In this document: positions 1 through 9,895 of the stretch, piece by piece
Layout of the letters: each line of letters starts with the position of its first letter
Numbering within the stretch: the first letter of the stretch is position 1
Virus record (IMG/VR): IMGVR_UViG_3300024269_000002
Source: a virus
Lineage: Duplodnaviria; Heunggongvirae; Uroviricota; Caudoviricetes
Length of the DNA stretch: 64,000 nucleotides
Direction: 5' to 3' (one strand)
Notes under the pieces: generated by a model
What the model saw: only the letters and a program-made list of their open reading frames with translations
The model's database searches: none
Told to the model about the DNA's origin: nothing
Made by a program: the position numbers and the translations under genes

Positions 1-2
1 AG

Positions 3-521
3 TTCACTGAGGATTACTCATTCAACATTGAATCTGTTCCTGCAGAAAGAGCTGCTGTTATTCTTTGTGGTAAGGATAGCACTCTCTACAATGTAAATGA
101 TTTTGAGATCTATTCAAATCAATGGATTCCTCTTACTGCTCAGTGTACCATCAATGAGAAAGTTCGTACTGCAGCTATTCTGGACAACAAGTGTTCTGGC
201 GGAGCTATTGCACACATTAACATTGAGAGCAACTTTGCAACAACTGATGAAGCTTGGAACATGTTAAATTACATCGCTACACAGGATGTCATCTACTTCT
301 GCTTCAATACAAGAATCAATGTCTGTGAAGATAGACATGCATTTGTTGGAACTGATATTTGTCCTACCTGTGGTAAGCCTGTTTATGACACTTATCAGCG
401 TGTAGTTGGATTCTTGACTCCTTCCAAAGCATACTCTAAGGAACGAGTTAAAGAATTCAACGCCCGTCAGTGGTATGACACAGCTGTAATTAGAGGTCAA
501 GCATCTTTGATTAGTGATTGA
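3..521 (+). CDS. nrdD: anaerobic (class III) ribonucleoside-triphosphate reductase, C-terminal part (5' truncated by window)
   Basis: Frame appears open back to the window edge; C-terminal CxxxH...CPxCG Zn site and QRVVGFL glycyl-radical motif; followed by nrdG. Confidence 0.9.
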   Translation, partial: FTEDYSFNIESVPAERAAVILCGKDSTLYNVNDFEIYSNQWIPLTAQCTINEKVRTAAILDNKCSGGAIAHINIESNFATTDEAWNMLNYIATQDVIYFCFNTRINVCEDRHAFVGTDICPTCGKPVYDTYQRVVGFLTPSKAYSKERVKEFNARQWYDTAVIRGQASLISD

Positions 522-999
522 TATGATTGTTAAGACGATTAGAGATGAAGATTTCACCAACTACAAAGAAGCATGTATGCTCATTGGATTTCCAAGATGC
601 TCATTCAAGTGTGAGAAGGAGTGCGGGAAGAAGATGTGCCAGAATAGTTCAATGGCTCTGAGCAAAGACATTGAAATTGATACAGAAACTATCGTTAAGA
701 GATATCTGAGCAATCCGATTACAACTTCAGTTGTTTTCGGAGGCTTAGAGCCGATTGACTCATGGGTTGATATGGTTGCTCTGATTGGTGAGTTCAGGAA
801 ATATACATCTGATACCATTGTTATCTACACAGGGTATAACAAGGATGAGATACTTCCACAAGTAAACTGGCTGAAAGATAACAGTACAAACATTATTATC
901 AAGTTTGGAAGATTTATTCCGGATCAACAGAAACATTATGATGATGTACTTGGAATATCTCTTGCAAGCAATAATCAATATGCTGAGAGGATCTGTTGA
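514..999 (+). CDS. nrdG: anaerobic RNR activase (radical SAM)
   Basis: CSFKCEKEC...CQN cysteine cluster, FGGLEP and YTGY motifs; adjacent to nrdD. Confidence 0.85.
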   Translation: MIDMIVKTIRDEDFTNYKEACMLIGFPRCSFKCEKECGKKMCQNSSMALSKDIEIDTETIVKRYLSNPITTSVVFGGLEPIDSWVDMVALIGEFRKYTSDTIVIYTGYNKDEILPQVNWLKDNSTNIIIKFGRFIPDQQKHYDDVLGISLASNNQYAERIC

Positions 1000-1184
1000 T
1001 GAAGATTACAGTTAGCTCTGATGCAGAGTTAGTTAAAACCATTCGTGAAAAGTTGAAGGCAAACGATGGTTATTGTCCTTGTAGATTAACTAAGACTCCT
1101 GAAACGAAGTGTATGTGTAAAGAATTCTTAGAACAGGATACGCCTGGTGAATGCCATTGTGGCTTATACGTGAAGGTTGAGTAA
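996..1184 (+). CDS. ferredoxin-thioredoxin reductase catalytic (beta) chain-like protein
   Basis: CPC, CMC and CHC motifs typical of the FTR catalytic subunit. Confidence 0.8.
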   Translation: MMKITVSSDAELVKTIREKLKANDGYCPCRLTKTPETKCMCKEFLEQDTPGECHCGLYVKVE

Positions 1185-1189
1185 ATAGT

Positions 1190-1219
1190 AAGAGCGGTGA
1201 GTACTCACCGCTCTTTTTT
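1190..1219 (+). terminator. intrinsic terminator
   Basis: aagagcggtgag-ta-ctcaccgctctt hairpin followed by T tract. Confidence 0.85.
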
Positions 1220-1223
1220 ATAG

Positions 1224-1252
1224 TTGATTGTTCAAGAAAATTCTTTTATAAT
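1224..1252 (+). promoter_or_regulatory. sigmaA-like promoter
   Basis: TTGATT-N17-TATAAT upstream of ligA. Confidence 0.75.
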
Positions 1253-1284
1253 TAGTACATATAACAAATAATACGGAGGATTCT

Positions 1285-3267
1285 ATGACTAACGCACAAG
1301 ATGTTATAACAATGAAGCGGTTAGTTACTTTGATGAATAAGTATCGAGATGCATATTACAATGACAATGAAAGTCTTGTTAGCGATCTCGAATACGACAA
1401 TATGATGGACAACTTGAAAGCGCTAGAGGAGAGCACAGGCATTGTTCTTGCAAACTCTCCTACAAGAACTGTTGGCTATGAAGTTAAGTCCTCATTGACA
1501 AAGGTAACTCACGATCATCCTATGTTATCTCTTGATAAAACAAAAGACATCTCAGCGATTGTTAAGTTCTTACAAAACAAAGAAACTATTGTTATGGCTA
1601 AGATGGATGGATTAACATGCAGTATCAAGTATGTTGATGGAAAGCTTGTCAGTGCAGAGACACGTGGAGATGGTATTGAGGGCGAAGACATCACACATAA
1701 CATGAGAGCAGTTAATGGCGTTCCAGAAACGATTAACTTACAGGAAACTGTGGTTATTGACGGCGAACTGATTATTGATGATATAACGTTTGAAAAAGTT
1801 CGCGAAAAATTTGTTGATAACAAAGGTCGGAAATACAAAAACTCAAGAAATCTTGCTGCTGGATCTGTAAGACTACTGGACAGTGCAGAATGTTCGAAGA
1901 GAGGAGTTCAATTTGTTGCTTGGAAACCTATTCAGGGACTTAACAACAAGACTCTAAGCGAAGGATTGTTAAAACTTGAGCAGCTTGGATTCACAATTGT
2001 TCCTCATGTTTGTTTAACGGAGATCACAAAAGAAAGTTGTCAACAGGCTGTAGATTTCGTTAAACAACTGGTAGATGTTTGCTCCTATCCGATTGATGGT
2101 TGTGTATTCGGATTTGATGATATATCATTTGCGGAATCTCAAGGAATGACTTCACACCATCTCAAAAGTCAGATTGCATTCAAGTTCTACGATGAACTGT
2201 ATGATACTGTGGTTCGTGACATTGATTGGACTATGGGCAAGACTGGTGTACTTACTCCTACAGCAATCTTTGATACTGTTGAAATTGATGGTACAGACGT
2301 AAGTAGGGCTAGTCTACATAATCTAACTATCATGTCTCAGCTGAATGTTCGTAAAAATTGTACTGCCAGAGTTTTCAAAGCAAACATGATCATTCCTCAG
2401 ATTGATTCAACTGATGACGATGGTGTTGAAGATTTCAAAATTCCCGATCGTTGTCCTATCTGTGGTGGCCCCACTGTCAGAGTCAAAGATAATGATTCTG
2501 AAATGTTGAAATGTGACAACAGTAATTGTAGTGGTAAGCTGCTCGGAAAGTTGTGCACGTTTGTTTCGAAGCAAGGAATGGATATTGATGGTCTTGGTGA
2601 ACAGACTCTTGCTCAATTCATTGAGTTGGGATACCTCAGAGAATTTGCTGATATCTACATGTTAAAGAATATGAGAGATCGGTTGATGACGCTTCCCGGC
2701 TTCGGCAAGTCTTCAGTTGAAAAGATGATCAACTCTATTGAGAAATCTCGAAATGTCACGCTTGAAAGGCTGCTTGCTTCAGTAAGTATTGATGGAGTTG
2801 GTTTAGACACTGCCAAGAAAATCTCAAAGTGTGTTGGTGGTGACTTATCATTGTTTATGAGTTCTATCAACAATAGATTTGACTTCAGTTCTTTGAATGG
2901 TTTTGGTGAAAGATCAAATGAACTCATCTACAAGTGGTTTGATAACAACATGGAGCAATTCCTCAATGTTTGTTTGAATATCACAATCAAGCAAGAAGCT
3001 AAGCCGGTTGTAACTGATACCTCCAGTCCTATTAACGGAAGAACTTTCTGTATTACCGGAACATTCGAGTATCCTCGTAAAGATATTCAGAGAGAGATTG
3101 AATCTTGTGGTGGTATCTTTGTAAATAGTGTTACAAAGAAAACAGATGTTCTGTTTGTTGGTGACAATGCAGGTAGTAAGTTAAAGAAGGCTGAAGAGCT
3201 CGGCATTCTTGTTATTCCTGAAGAAGAATTCAGATGGTGGTTACGGGAAGGAACTTTTGATGCGTAA
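1285..3267 (+). CDS. ligA: NAD-dependent DNA ligase
   Basis: KMDG adenylation motif, TRGDG, Zn finger, HhH region and C-terminal BRCT domain. Confidence 0.95.
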   Translation: MTNAQDVITMKRLVTLMNKYRDAYYNDNESLVSDLEYDNMMDNLKALEESTGIVLANSPTRTVGYEVKSSLTKVTHDHPMLSLDKTKDISAIVKFLQNKETIVMAKMDGLTCSIKYVDGKLVSAETRGDGIEGEDITHNMRAVNGVPETINLQETVVIDGELIIDDITFEKVREKFVDNKGRKYKNSRNLAAGSVRLLDSAECSKRGVQFVAWKPIQGLNNKTLSEGLLKLEQLGFTIVPHVCLTEITKESCQQAVDFVKQLVDVCSYPIDGCVFGFDDISFAESQGMTSHHLKSQIAFKFYDELYDTVVRDIDWTMGKTGVLTPTAIFDTVEIDGTDVSRASLHNLTIMSQLNVRKNCTARVFKANMIIPQIDSTDDDGVEDFKIPDRCPICGGPTVRVKDNDSEMLKCDNSNCSGKLLGKLCTFVSKQGMDIDGLGEQTLAQFIELGYLREFADIYMLKNMRDRLMTLPGFGKSSVEKMINSIEKSRNVTLERLLASVSIDGVGLDTAKKISKCVGGDLSLFMSSINNRFDFSSLNGFGERSNELIYKWFDNNMEQFLNVCLNITIKQEAKPVVTDTSSPINGRTFCITGTFEYPRKDIQREIESCGGIFVNSVTKKTDVLFVGDNAGSKLKKAEELGILVIPEEEFRWWLREGTFDA

Positions 3268-4882
3268 GTCGAATTGGAATGTAAAAGTAAACGGACAGGG
3301 TACTCCTGTTAATCAGATAATGAATCAGTTGTGGATGAGCAGAGGAATTGAAAATCCTGCGACATTCATGCATCCAAGAGGGTATATTCATCCTTCAACG
3401 GCTTTCAAGAATATCATTCCTGCAGCTGAATTGTTTCAGGAACATATCAAGAATCATAGTAAGTTCTTGATCTATGCGGATGTAGATGTTGATGGGTGTT
3501 CTGCCGCTGCAATCTTGTGTCACTATCTGTGTAACTTTGATGTTGAATTTGATGTTTACATCAATAAAAAGAAAGAACATGGAGTGAAGGATGACTTCTT
3601 CGAGCGTCCGTATTCAGGTGAAAGTATTGTTATTGTTGTTGATTCTATCAATGATACAATGCGAGAATATGATATTATTATGAATGCAGGAATTGACTTG
3701 ATTGTTCTTGATCATCATATTCCGTCAGAAGAAATTCTTGCGAACCAAGAAAAGATTCATCTTGTAAGTTCTGCAAATGAATATCCAAATCCGCATCTTA
3801 GTGGTAGTGGTGTGACTTGGAAGTTTGTTAACTACATAGATGAGTTGATGGGGACTAATCATGCTGCATCGTTGATGGATCTAGCGGCGGCTGGTATCAT
3901 TGCTGATGTTTGTAGTGTTGGTCCTGAATCAATGGAAAACCGTGAAATCTGTGATCAAGGAATGGCATACGTCAACAATGTTGGTATGAGAGCTGTGCTC
4001 GGAACTGATGAGATGAATTCGGAATCCATTTCCTTCTCTGTAGCTCCTCTTGTAAACGCTGCAAACAGAATGAACGAAAATAGATTGGCACTGGATCTGT
4101 TTCTTGTTGACAACACCTCTGATGCAAAGAAGATTGTCAAGGATTTAACTAAACTCAAGGAAAAGCAGAAGGTTCTTGTTGCAGAACTATTCGAGGGATT
4201 TGAAGAACAAGCACAGTCTCAACTTGATAGAAAGTGCATGTACTTCATTGTCGATGAAACATGTGGAACGCTTGGTGGATTATTAGCAACAAAAGCTTCT
4301 GATAAATGGAATAGACCTGTTATTGTTGTTAGAGAAACTGACAGCGGATACGCAGGCTCTATGAGAGCAACAGGTGTTGATAATTTCAGTAAGATTGTGA
4401 ATGACTCCGGCCTGGGTGAGTGTGCAGGACACGAAAACTCAGCAGGGATTGTTATTCCGTTTGAGAACTTTGAAGCTTTTCAAAACCATATTGAAAATGC
4501 TCTGGTGGATGTATCTGTGACAATGGATCAAGTTATTGATCTTTATATTGAGAGGATGCAGATTACACCATTCCTGATCGGAAAAATCCGTGAATTCAAT
4601 CGTATTGCAGGAGCAGGATTCCCTTCACTGAAAGTCCTGATTGAAAATGTTGGTAAGTATACTGTTAAGCCTATGTCTCAGGGTAAACACTTGTGCATTG
4701 AAGTCCCTGATATGAAATTCTTGTACTGGAATTTTAACAAGTGGGACGACGTTGCTGAGGAAGGAATCCTTTCTGCTGTAGGTTCTCTGGATGAATCATT
4801 CTTTGCGGGACGACGTACAACTCAGATGATTATGCAGGACTACATTTTTGAAGCACTTCCTACAAAAGCATCTCTGTGGTAA
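3260..4882 (+). CDS. recJ: RecJ-like DHH/DHHA1 ssDNA exonuclease
   Basis: DVDVDG, DHH, NAANR, GSMR and GH motifs; ATG at 3260 overlaps the ligA end. Confidence 0.85.
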   Translation: MRKSNWNVKVNGQGTPVNQIMNQLWMSRGIENPATFMHPRGYIHPSTAFKNIIPAAELFQEHIKNHSKFLIYADVDVDGCSAAAILCHYLCNFDVEFDVYINKKKEHGVKDDFFERPYSGESIVIVVDSINDTMREYDIIMNAGIDLIVLDHHIPSEEILANQEKIHLVSSANEYPNPHLSGSGVTWKFVNYIDELMGTNHAASLMDLAAAGIIADVCSVGPESMENREICDQGMAYVNNVGMRAVLGTDEMNSESISFSVAPLVNAANRMNENRLALDLFLVDNTSDAKKIVKDLTKLKEKQKVLVAELFEGFEEQAQSQLDRKCMYFIVDETCGTLGGLLATKASDKWNRPVIVVRETDSGYAGSMRATGVDNFSKIVNDSGLGECAGHENSAGIVIPFENFEAFQNHIENALVDVSVTMDQVIDLYIERMQITPFLIGKIREFNRIAGAGFPSLKVLIENVGKYTVKPMSQGKHLCIEVPDMKFLYWNFNKWDDVAEEGILSAVGSLDESFFAGRRTTQMIMQDYIFEALPTKASLW

Positions 4883-4883
4883 G

Positions 4884-4912
4884 TTGATTATCTTAACTGT
4901 TTCTATTATAAT
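4884..4912 (+). promoter_or_regulatory. sigmaA-like promoter with AACTGTT in spacer
   Basis: TTGATT-N17-TATAAT. Confidence 0.75.
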
Positions 4913-4942
4913 TAAGTAAATAGATAACGATGGAGGCATAAT

Positions 4943-5494
4943 ATGAGAACATATCTTGGATTTAAGCGTGTAGTTACAGATCAGAAGACAGGACTGCAAA
5001 CTTCAGAAACGAAATTTGTTCCAGTAAATATTCCAGAGCTCAGTGCTGAAGATAACTGGAAACTGATTGGCTCCTCTGATATGATTGAAGTTCTTCCGAT
5101 GTTGGAGGATATTAAGATTTCCAGCGAACCACTTGTTGGAGAACAGTTGAGCATTGCAGGTGTGGATGTCACTCCTCCCGAAAAGCATGAGCTGCCTACT
5201 GGATCTGTTTTTGAGTCTCCTGTGTCAGGAACTGCGAAGCTTATTCGAGCAAACAATGATGTTTTCATTGCATACAGACGTGGTAAAAAGGGACTGAATG
5301 AAACTTCTCCGAACAGCGTCTGCATCAGTGAAACTACAAAAGCTCAGTTCTTTGCGGACTGTCGAAGAGCTTTCGGACGCTCCTGTGACCAGTACAGATT
5401 CTCTAGCGGTTGCAAGGAGTTTGATTATTGGAACAAGTTCATGGACGAAGAATACGCTCGACAGCTGAAAGAGTTTAATAGAGTCCATGCATAA
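4943..5494 (+). CDS. hypothetical protein
   Basis: GGAGG RBS, own promoter. Confidence 0.7.
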   Translation: MRTYLGFKRVVTDQKTGLQTSETKFVPVNIPELSAEDNWKLIGSSDMIEVLPMLEDIKISSEPLVGEQLSIAGVDVTPPEKHELPTGSVFESPVSGTAKLIRANNDVFIAYRRGKKGLNETSPNSVCISETTKAQFFADCRRAFGRSCDQYRFSSGCKEFDYWNKFMDEEYARQLKEFNRVHA

Positions 5495-5618
5495 TACCGA
5501 AATTCTTCCTTAACTTAGGAAGGAAATACATACCTTTCCATAGTAAACTACATTCAGATATATAAGTTATATAGTAAAAAACAACACTGTTATAACTTAA
5601 AGCACAAGGATTTACATA

Positions 5619-6455
5619 GTGAGTATCAAATATTTTGTTTCAGGAGATATCCACTCCTACTTTGAAAACTGGATGCTATATCTTGAGCATGCAGGATTTG
5701 AACTAGATAATCCTGAACACAAGATCATCATCTGTGGTGACTTGTTTGACAGAGGTGACGAAACTCTAGATTGTTTTGAATTTGTTAAGCGGTTACACGC
5801 AGAAAATCGACTTGTGTATGTTCGAGGAAATCATGAAGATCTTCTGTTTGATTGTGTGACTGACATCAAGCGTAGGTTTGATATTGGTACACACCACATT
5901 CGGAATGGAACTGTAAAAACAGTTGCACAATTAGCCGATACAAATGAGTACGACATATTATGTAACTGTTATGATAAAGATGTGTTTGAAAGCAGAACTC
6001 AAGAAGTTCTCAACTTCATTGAACAGAATGCGGTTGATTATTTTGAACTTGGTGACTATGTTTTTGTTCACGGATGGGTACCATGTGACTCAAAAGATAC
6101 AAACAAGTATCATGCAAGAAAGAACGTTACTCTTGCAGATAAAAGTACTTGGTCTGATAAGTGGGACAATGCTCGCTGGTTGAACGGTATGGACTGTTGG
6201 AATCAAGGGGCTATTCCTGAAGGTAAAACAGTTGTTTGTGGACACTGGCATACAAGTTGGGGTCATCACAAGTTCCACGGACATAGAGATGAATTTCCAT
6301 CTCTCGGATACAAGGACGCTAGAAAATCATTCAAACCTTTCGTTGAACCCGGAATCATTGCTCTTGACGGTTGTACTGCATATACAGGTTTGGTTAATGT
6401 TGTAGTATTTACAGTCCGTGGTGATGGGTCCGTTGAAGTTTCAAATCTGGAGTGA
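5619..6455 (+). CDS. calcineurin-like metallophosphoesterase (PPP-type)
   Basis: GDIH, GDLFDRG, RGNHE and GHWH motifs. Confidence 0.9.
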   Translation: MSIKYFVSGDIHSYFENWMLYLEHAGFELDNPEHKIIICGDLFDRGDETLDCFEFVKRLHAENRLVYVRGNHEDLLFDCVTDIKRRFDIGTHHIRNGTVKTVAQLADTNEYDILCNCYDKDVFESRTQEVLNFIEQNAVDYFELGDYVFVHGWVPCDSKDTNKYHARKNVTLADKSTWSDKWDNARWLNGMDCWNQGAIPEGKTVVCGHWHTSWGHHKFHGHRDEFPSLGYKDARKSFKPFVEPGIIALDGCTAYTGLVNVVVFTVRGDGSVEVSNLE

Positions 6456-6458
6456 TTT

Positions 6459-7046
6459 ATGAAGATATCAAAACCTCTGTATTACATCCTCAACTGTACT
6501 TGGGGAATTCTGATGACAAGTATTGGTGCTGTTATTGCACTTGTACTTATGATTGCAGGATACAAACCAAAACGACACGCTGGATCAATTTATTTCAATG
6601 TTGGTAAATCGTGGGGTGGTGCAGAACTGGGATTGTTTTTCTTGACTGATGAACACGACACAGAATCGGTTAAGGATCATGAGTTCGGGCATTCTTTACA
6701 GAATTGCTTGTGGGGCCCACTGATGCCGTTTGTAGTTTGCTTGCCTTCTGCTGCAAGATACTGGTTACGAGAATTCCGCACAAGACAGAAAAAAGAAAAT
6801 TTCACATTATCGTTGATGGCAATTTCATGCTGTCTAGTACTTTCATTATCGTTCATTGCAATCTGTTTCCAGCTTGAATGGTTGCTGTGGATTATGATGC
6901 TAGTGTTCTTCTATACAGCCTTTGTTACATACTGGATGTTGAACACAGAAATTCCGAAATATGATAAAGAAACTGTTCCTTATGATGCTGTTTGGTTTGA
7001 AGGGCAAGCCACTGAATGGGGAACTAGAATTGCTAAGGAGTGGTAA
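6459..7046 (+). CDS. membrane protein with HEXXH motif (possible metallopeptidase)
   Basis: Several hydrophobic segments, HEFGH, distal FE. Confidence 0.55.
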   Translation: MKISKPLYYILNCTWGILMTSIGAVIALVLMIAGYKPKRHAGSIYFNVGKSWGGAELGLFFLTDEHDTESVKDHEFGHSLQNCLWGPLMPFVVCLPSAARYWLREFRTRQKKENFTLSLMAISCCLVLSLSFIAICFQLEWLLWIMMLVFFYTAFVTYWMLNTEIPKYDKETVPYDAVWFEGQATEWGTRIAKEW

Positions 7047-7048
7047 CT

Positions 7049-7306
7049 ATGAAAAAGATTTATGTTGTACTTGCTGCAGTTGTTCTGCTGATTGCATTAA
7101 CTGTGTCTCTTGCTGCTTGCAGTAATAAACAGATGTTTGACTTCAACCAGAAGTTTGAATATGCTTATGTTTGCTGGCCTGATGGGACTGCAGAGAAACT
7201 GAAAATCCATTCTTGGAAGGATTATGATGGTGAGCAGATTCAGATTACTACGGATGAAGGTACTTACCTGTTTCACTCAGCCAACTGTGTTCTTGCACAC
7301 GAATAA
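7049..7306 (+). CDS. putative lipoprotein
   Basis: Signal peptide ending in LAAC lipobox. Confidence 0.65.
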   Translation: MKKIYVVLAAVVLLIALTVSLAACSNKQMFDFNQKFEYAYVCWPDGTAEKLKIHSWKDYDGEQIQITTDEGTYLFHSANCVLAHE

Positions 7307-7317
7307 GGAGGAATAAC

Positions 7318-7680
7318 ATGTTTGATGTTCAACGAGCAGCTGATGTTTTAGTCAAAAATGGTTTTTCAGAAGCGGAGGCTCTTGAAGTTGCTATTGAGAT
7401 TATGAATAAACAGGTATGTCTCGGTAGTCATTTGTACTGTGTAACTCAGTGGGATAAACAGTCTCCTTGGGAAGTTATTGATGCAGTTGTAACAAGAACA
7501 CATGTGACTCGTGTTCTTAAGAAAATCTTCTCTGTTGAAGGTCAGTACGCAAGACAATCTGAGTTCAGATGGTGCTCCCCTTATCATGCAAACTTCACGG
7601 AAAATTCTATTGGAAAGAATGTTTTCTTCACTGAGGCAGAAGCGAAGGTTGTTTGCGACAAGAAAAACAACGAACGGTGA
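7318..7680 (+). CDS. hypothetical protein
   Basis: AAGGAGG RBS. Confidence 0.7.
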   Translation: MFDVQRAADVLVKNGFSEAEALEVAIEIMNKQVCLGSHLYCVTQWDKQSPWEVIDAVVTRTHVTRVLKKIFSVEGQYARQSEFRWCSPYHANFTENSIGKNVFFTEAEAKVVCDKKNNER

Positions 7681-7684
7681 CAAG

Positions 7685-7713
7685 TTGATTATTTTACTGT
7701 TATCTATTATAAT
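7685..7713 (+). promoter_or_regulatory. sigmaA-like promoter
   Basis: TTGATT-N17-TATAAT. Confidence 0.75.
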
Positions 7714-7744
7714 ATAACTATAAAGAATAACAGGAGGGTCAACT

Positions 7745-8320
7745 ATGTATCAATATCTCAATGTTCATCCGAAGGGCCTTATTGTTGGTGACTGTGTTAA
7801 AAGAGCAATTACTACAGCGGCTCAGATGGATTACATGGAAGTTCAGCGAGAGCTGAATCGTTACAAGAAAGTAACTGGAGCACAAAGTTTCAACTCTGAC
7901 TACAACCCTCACAAATATGTAGAAAATGTTCTTCATGCTCGTAAGTTGAGCTTTCCCGCAGAGCGTGGTAAGAAGCGTATGACTGCCGGTGAATTTAGTA
8001 GAACTCACCCGAGTGGGAGATACATACTCAATATGGCAGGTCACTGGAGCTGTTGTGTTGATGGTATTATCTATGATACCTGGGACTGCTCTGAAAAGTG
8101 TGTTTACACTGCTTATCAGATTGTGCCTGTAACAACTGTTGCTACTCCTGATTACAACTATTACACAGTTGAAGGAAATGGTGATTGTTTGTTTACAGTT
8201 CAAATTGTAGACGTTACAAAGGATATAACCAAGACCGTTAGCGTGAGCAAAAATCAGTTAACAGGATACTGTAAATGTTTGATGGATCTTGGATATAAAA
8301 GATTCATAAAGGATTCTTGA
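7745..8320 (+). CDS. hypothetical protein, possible papain/C39-like fold
   Basis: GDCVKRAI ... GHWSCCVDGIIYDTWD Cys-His-Asp pattern. Confidence 0.5.
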   Translation: MYQYLNVHPKGLIVGDCVKRAITTAAQMDYMEVQRELNRYKKVTGAQSFNSDYNPHKYVENVLHARKLSFPAERGKKRMTAGEFSRTHPSGRYILNMAGHWSCCVDGIIYDTWDCSEKCVYTAYQIVPVTTVATPDYNYYTVEGNGDCLFTVQIVDVTKDITKTVSVSKNQLTGYCKCLMDLGYKRFIKDS

Positions 8321-8748
8321 TGGATAATTTACATATCAAAGATATTGTCGAGCACTCTCCAGGAGAAACTGTCTGGATCCCCGAACGGTTCGATGCCAGA
8401 GTGTTCTGTGGCAAATGTCATGGTTCGGGAAGACTAACCATTAAAGTAGATGGATTTGACTACTATAGAAGTTGTCCCATCTGTGATGGTAGGAACTGGG
8501 GATTACATTCAAAACAGTACTATGTGTACAATGAATACACGCCTAAGGAAAAAATCATTTCAAAAGTCAATGTTACATTCTCTGAAAATCAAACAGACGT
8601 ACGATACAGCGTTCAGTATGATACTGTTGTAACTTACACTCCAGAGCAAGTGTTCAGATCTAAAGAGTCTTGCAGGAAATTTTGTGAGATTGTTAATCAG
8701 AAGAACAGGAAAGAGGCAGAACAACATGTTTGGAACGTTTCCGATTAG
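8320..8748 (+). CDS. hypothetical Zn-finger protein
   Basis: DnaJ-like CxxCxG repeats (CGKCHG, CPICDG). Confidence 0.55.
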   Translation: MDNLHIKDIVEHSPGETVWIPERFDARVFCGKCHGSGRLTIKVDGFDYYRSCPICDGRNWGLHSKQYYVYNEYTPKEKIISKVNVTFSENQTDVRYSVQYDTVVTYTPEQVFRSKESCRKFCEIVNQKNRKEAEQHVWNVSD

Positions 8749-8928
8749 AATGAAATATACATCAATTCCCGGAAGGCAAGAAGCTACAGTTGCAGTTGAT
8801 GTTTATGAATTTAGAATCATTGAGGATCAGAACGCAGTTGCACTTTGTTGGTTTGTTTATGACAAAAAGTGGGATGTTGTAAGTATTGACCAACTTGTTC
8901 CTGTTAAACAGAAATCTCTAAACGAGTA

Positions 8929-9885
8929 ATGAAAGAGGGTATACATATGAAACCAGTTTTTAGAAAGACAAGTATGTGGATGCGCATTCTGGCATGGATC
9001 TGCGTACTGTTACTTGTAGTTGTGTTTCTTGTACCAGTGTATACAAGTTGTGAAAACATTACAAGCGACATTGTTGAGCCCCCTACAACTGAACCAACTA
9101 TTCCTGAAACGATTCCAACAGAAACTACTGAACCAAAAATTGAATATAGTTTGGTTGATCTTCCAGTACCTCCGGAATACCCTAGTAGAGAGAATCTTGT
9201 TACTATCTATGATGTAGAAGCAGCAATTCAACTTTGTGAAAATTTCTTAGAACAGTGTTCTAATATCAAGTTACAACCAGAAATAGAACATCCTCAAACT
9301 GGAGACCTTATCTATATCATTGAAACAGCAGAGGAATATAGATTTACATATGAAAGTATTCTTGCAGAACATTGGTATAACAGAGAACAAACTCTCCCTG
9401 TTATGACTGAAATCTGGCACTACCTTTCTGAAACTGCAGGTTTCAATCATGCAGTGACTGCAGGTATTATTGGTAACATGAGTGCAGAATCTGGTGGTTG
9501 TGGTTATGGAGATATTGAAGTACATAACTGGGATAACGCAACTGGTAGATCTTACTATGGAATCTGCCAATGGAGCATCAAGTACAATCCTGAAATTGCA
9601 AATACAGATCTTAAGTTTCAGTTAGACTACCTCGTTGATACTTATGATCATGCGTTTACTCACTGGGGATACAACTACTCAAATCGTTATGGATCAAAGT
9701 TCCGTACGGAGCAATTTGTAAACATGAGCGATCCGTATGAGGCTGCAATCGCATTTGCAGTTTGTTATGAACGTTGTGCAAGTAGACACGTCGAGCTTAG
9801 AGGTCCGCTTGCAGATAAGGCGTATGAATATTTTACAGTTTTAGGCTCTTGGCCTTGGCCTGGACCTAATCCTGCTGATACATAA
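8929..9885 (+). CDS. membrane-anchored phage tail-lysozyme-like protein
   Basis: N-terminal TM, Pro/Thr/Glu-rich linker, AGIIGNMSAESG...YGICQW...FAVCYER lysozyme-like motifs. Confidence 0.7.
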   Translation: MKEGIHMKPVFRKTSMWMRILAWICVLLLVVVFLVPVYTSCENITSDIVEPPTTEPTIPETIPTETTEPKIEYSLVDLPVPPEYPSRENLVTIYDVEAAIQLCENFLEQCSNIKLQPEIEHPQTGDLIYIIETAEEYRFTYESILAEHWYNREQTLPVMTEIWHYLSETAGFNHAVTAGIIGNMSAESGGCGYGDIEVHNWDNATGRSYYGICQWSIKYNPEIANTDLKFQLDYLVDTYDHAFTHWGYNYSNRYGSKFRTEQFVNMSDPYEAAIAFAVCYERCASRHVELRGPLADKAYEYFTVLGSWPWPGPNPADT

Positions 9886-9895
9886 GGAGGAATGA

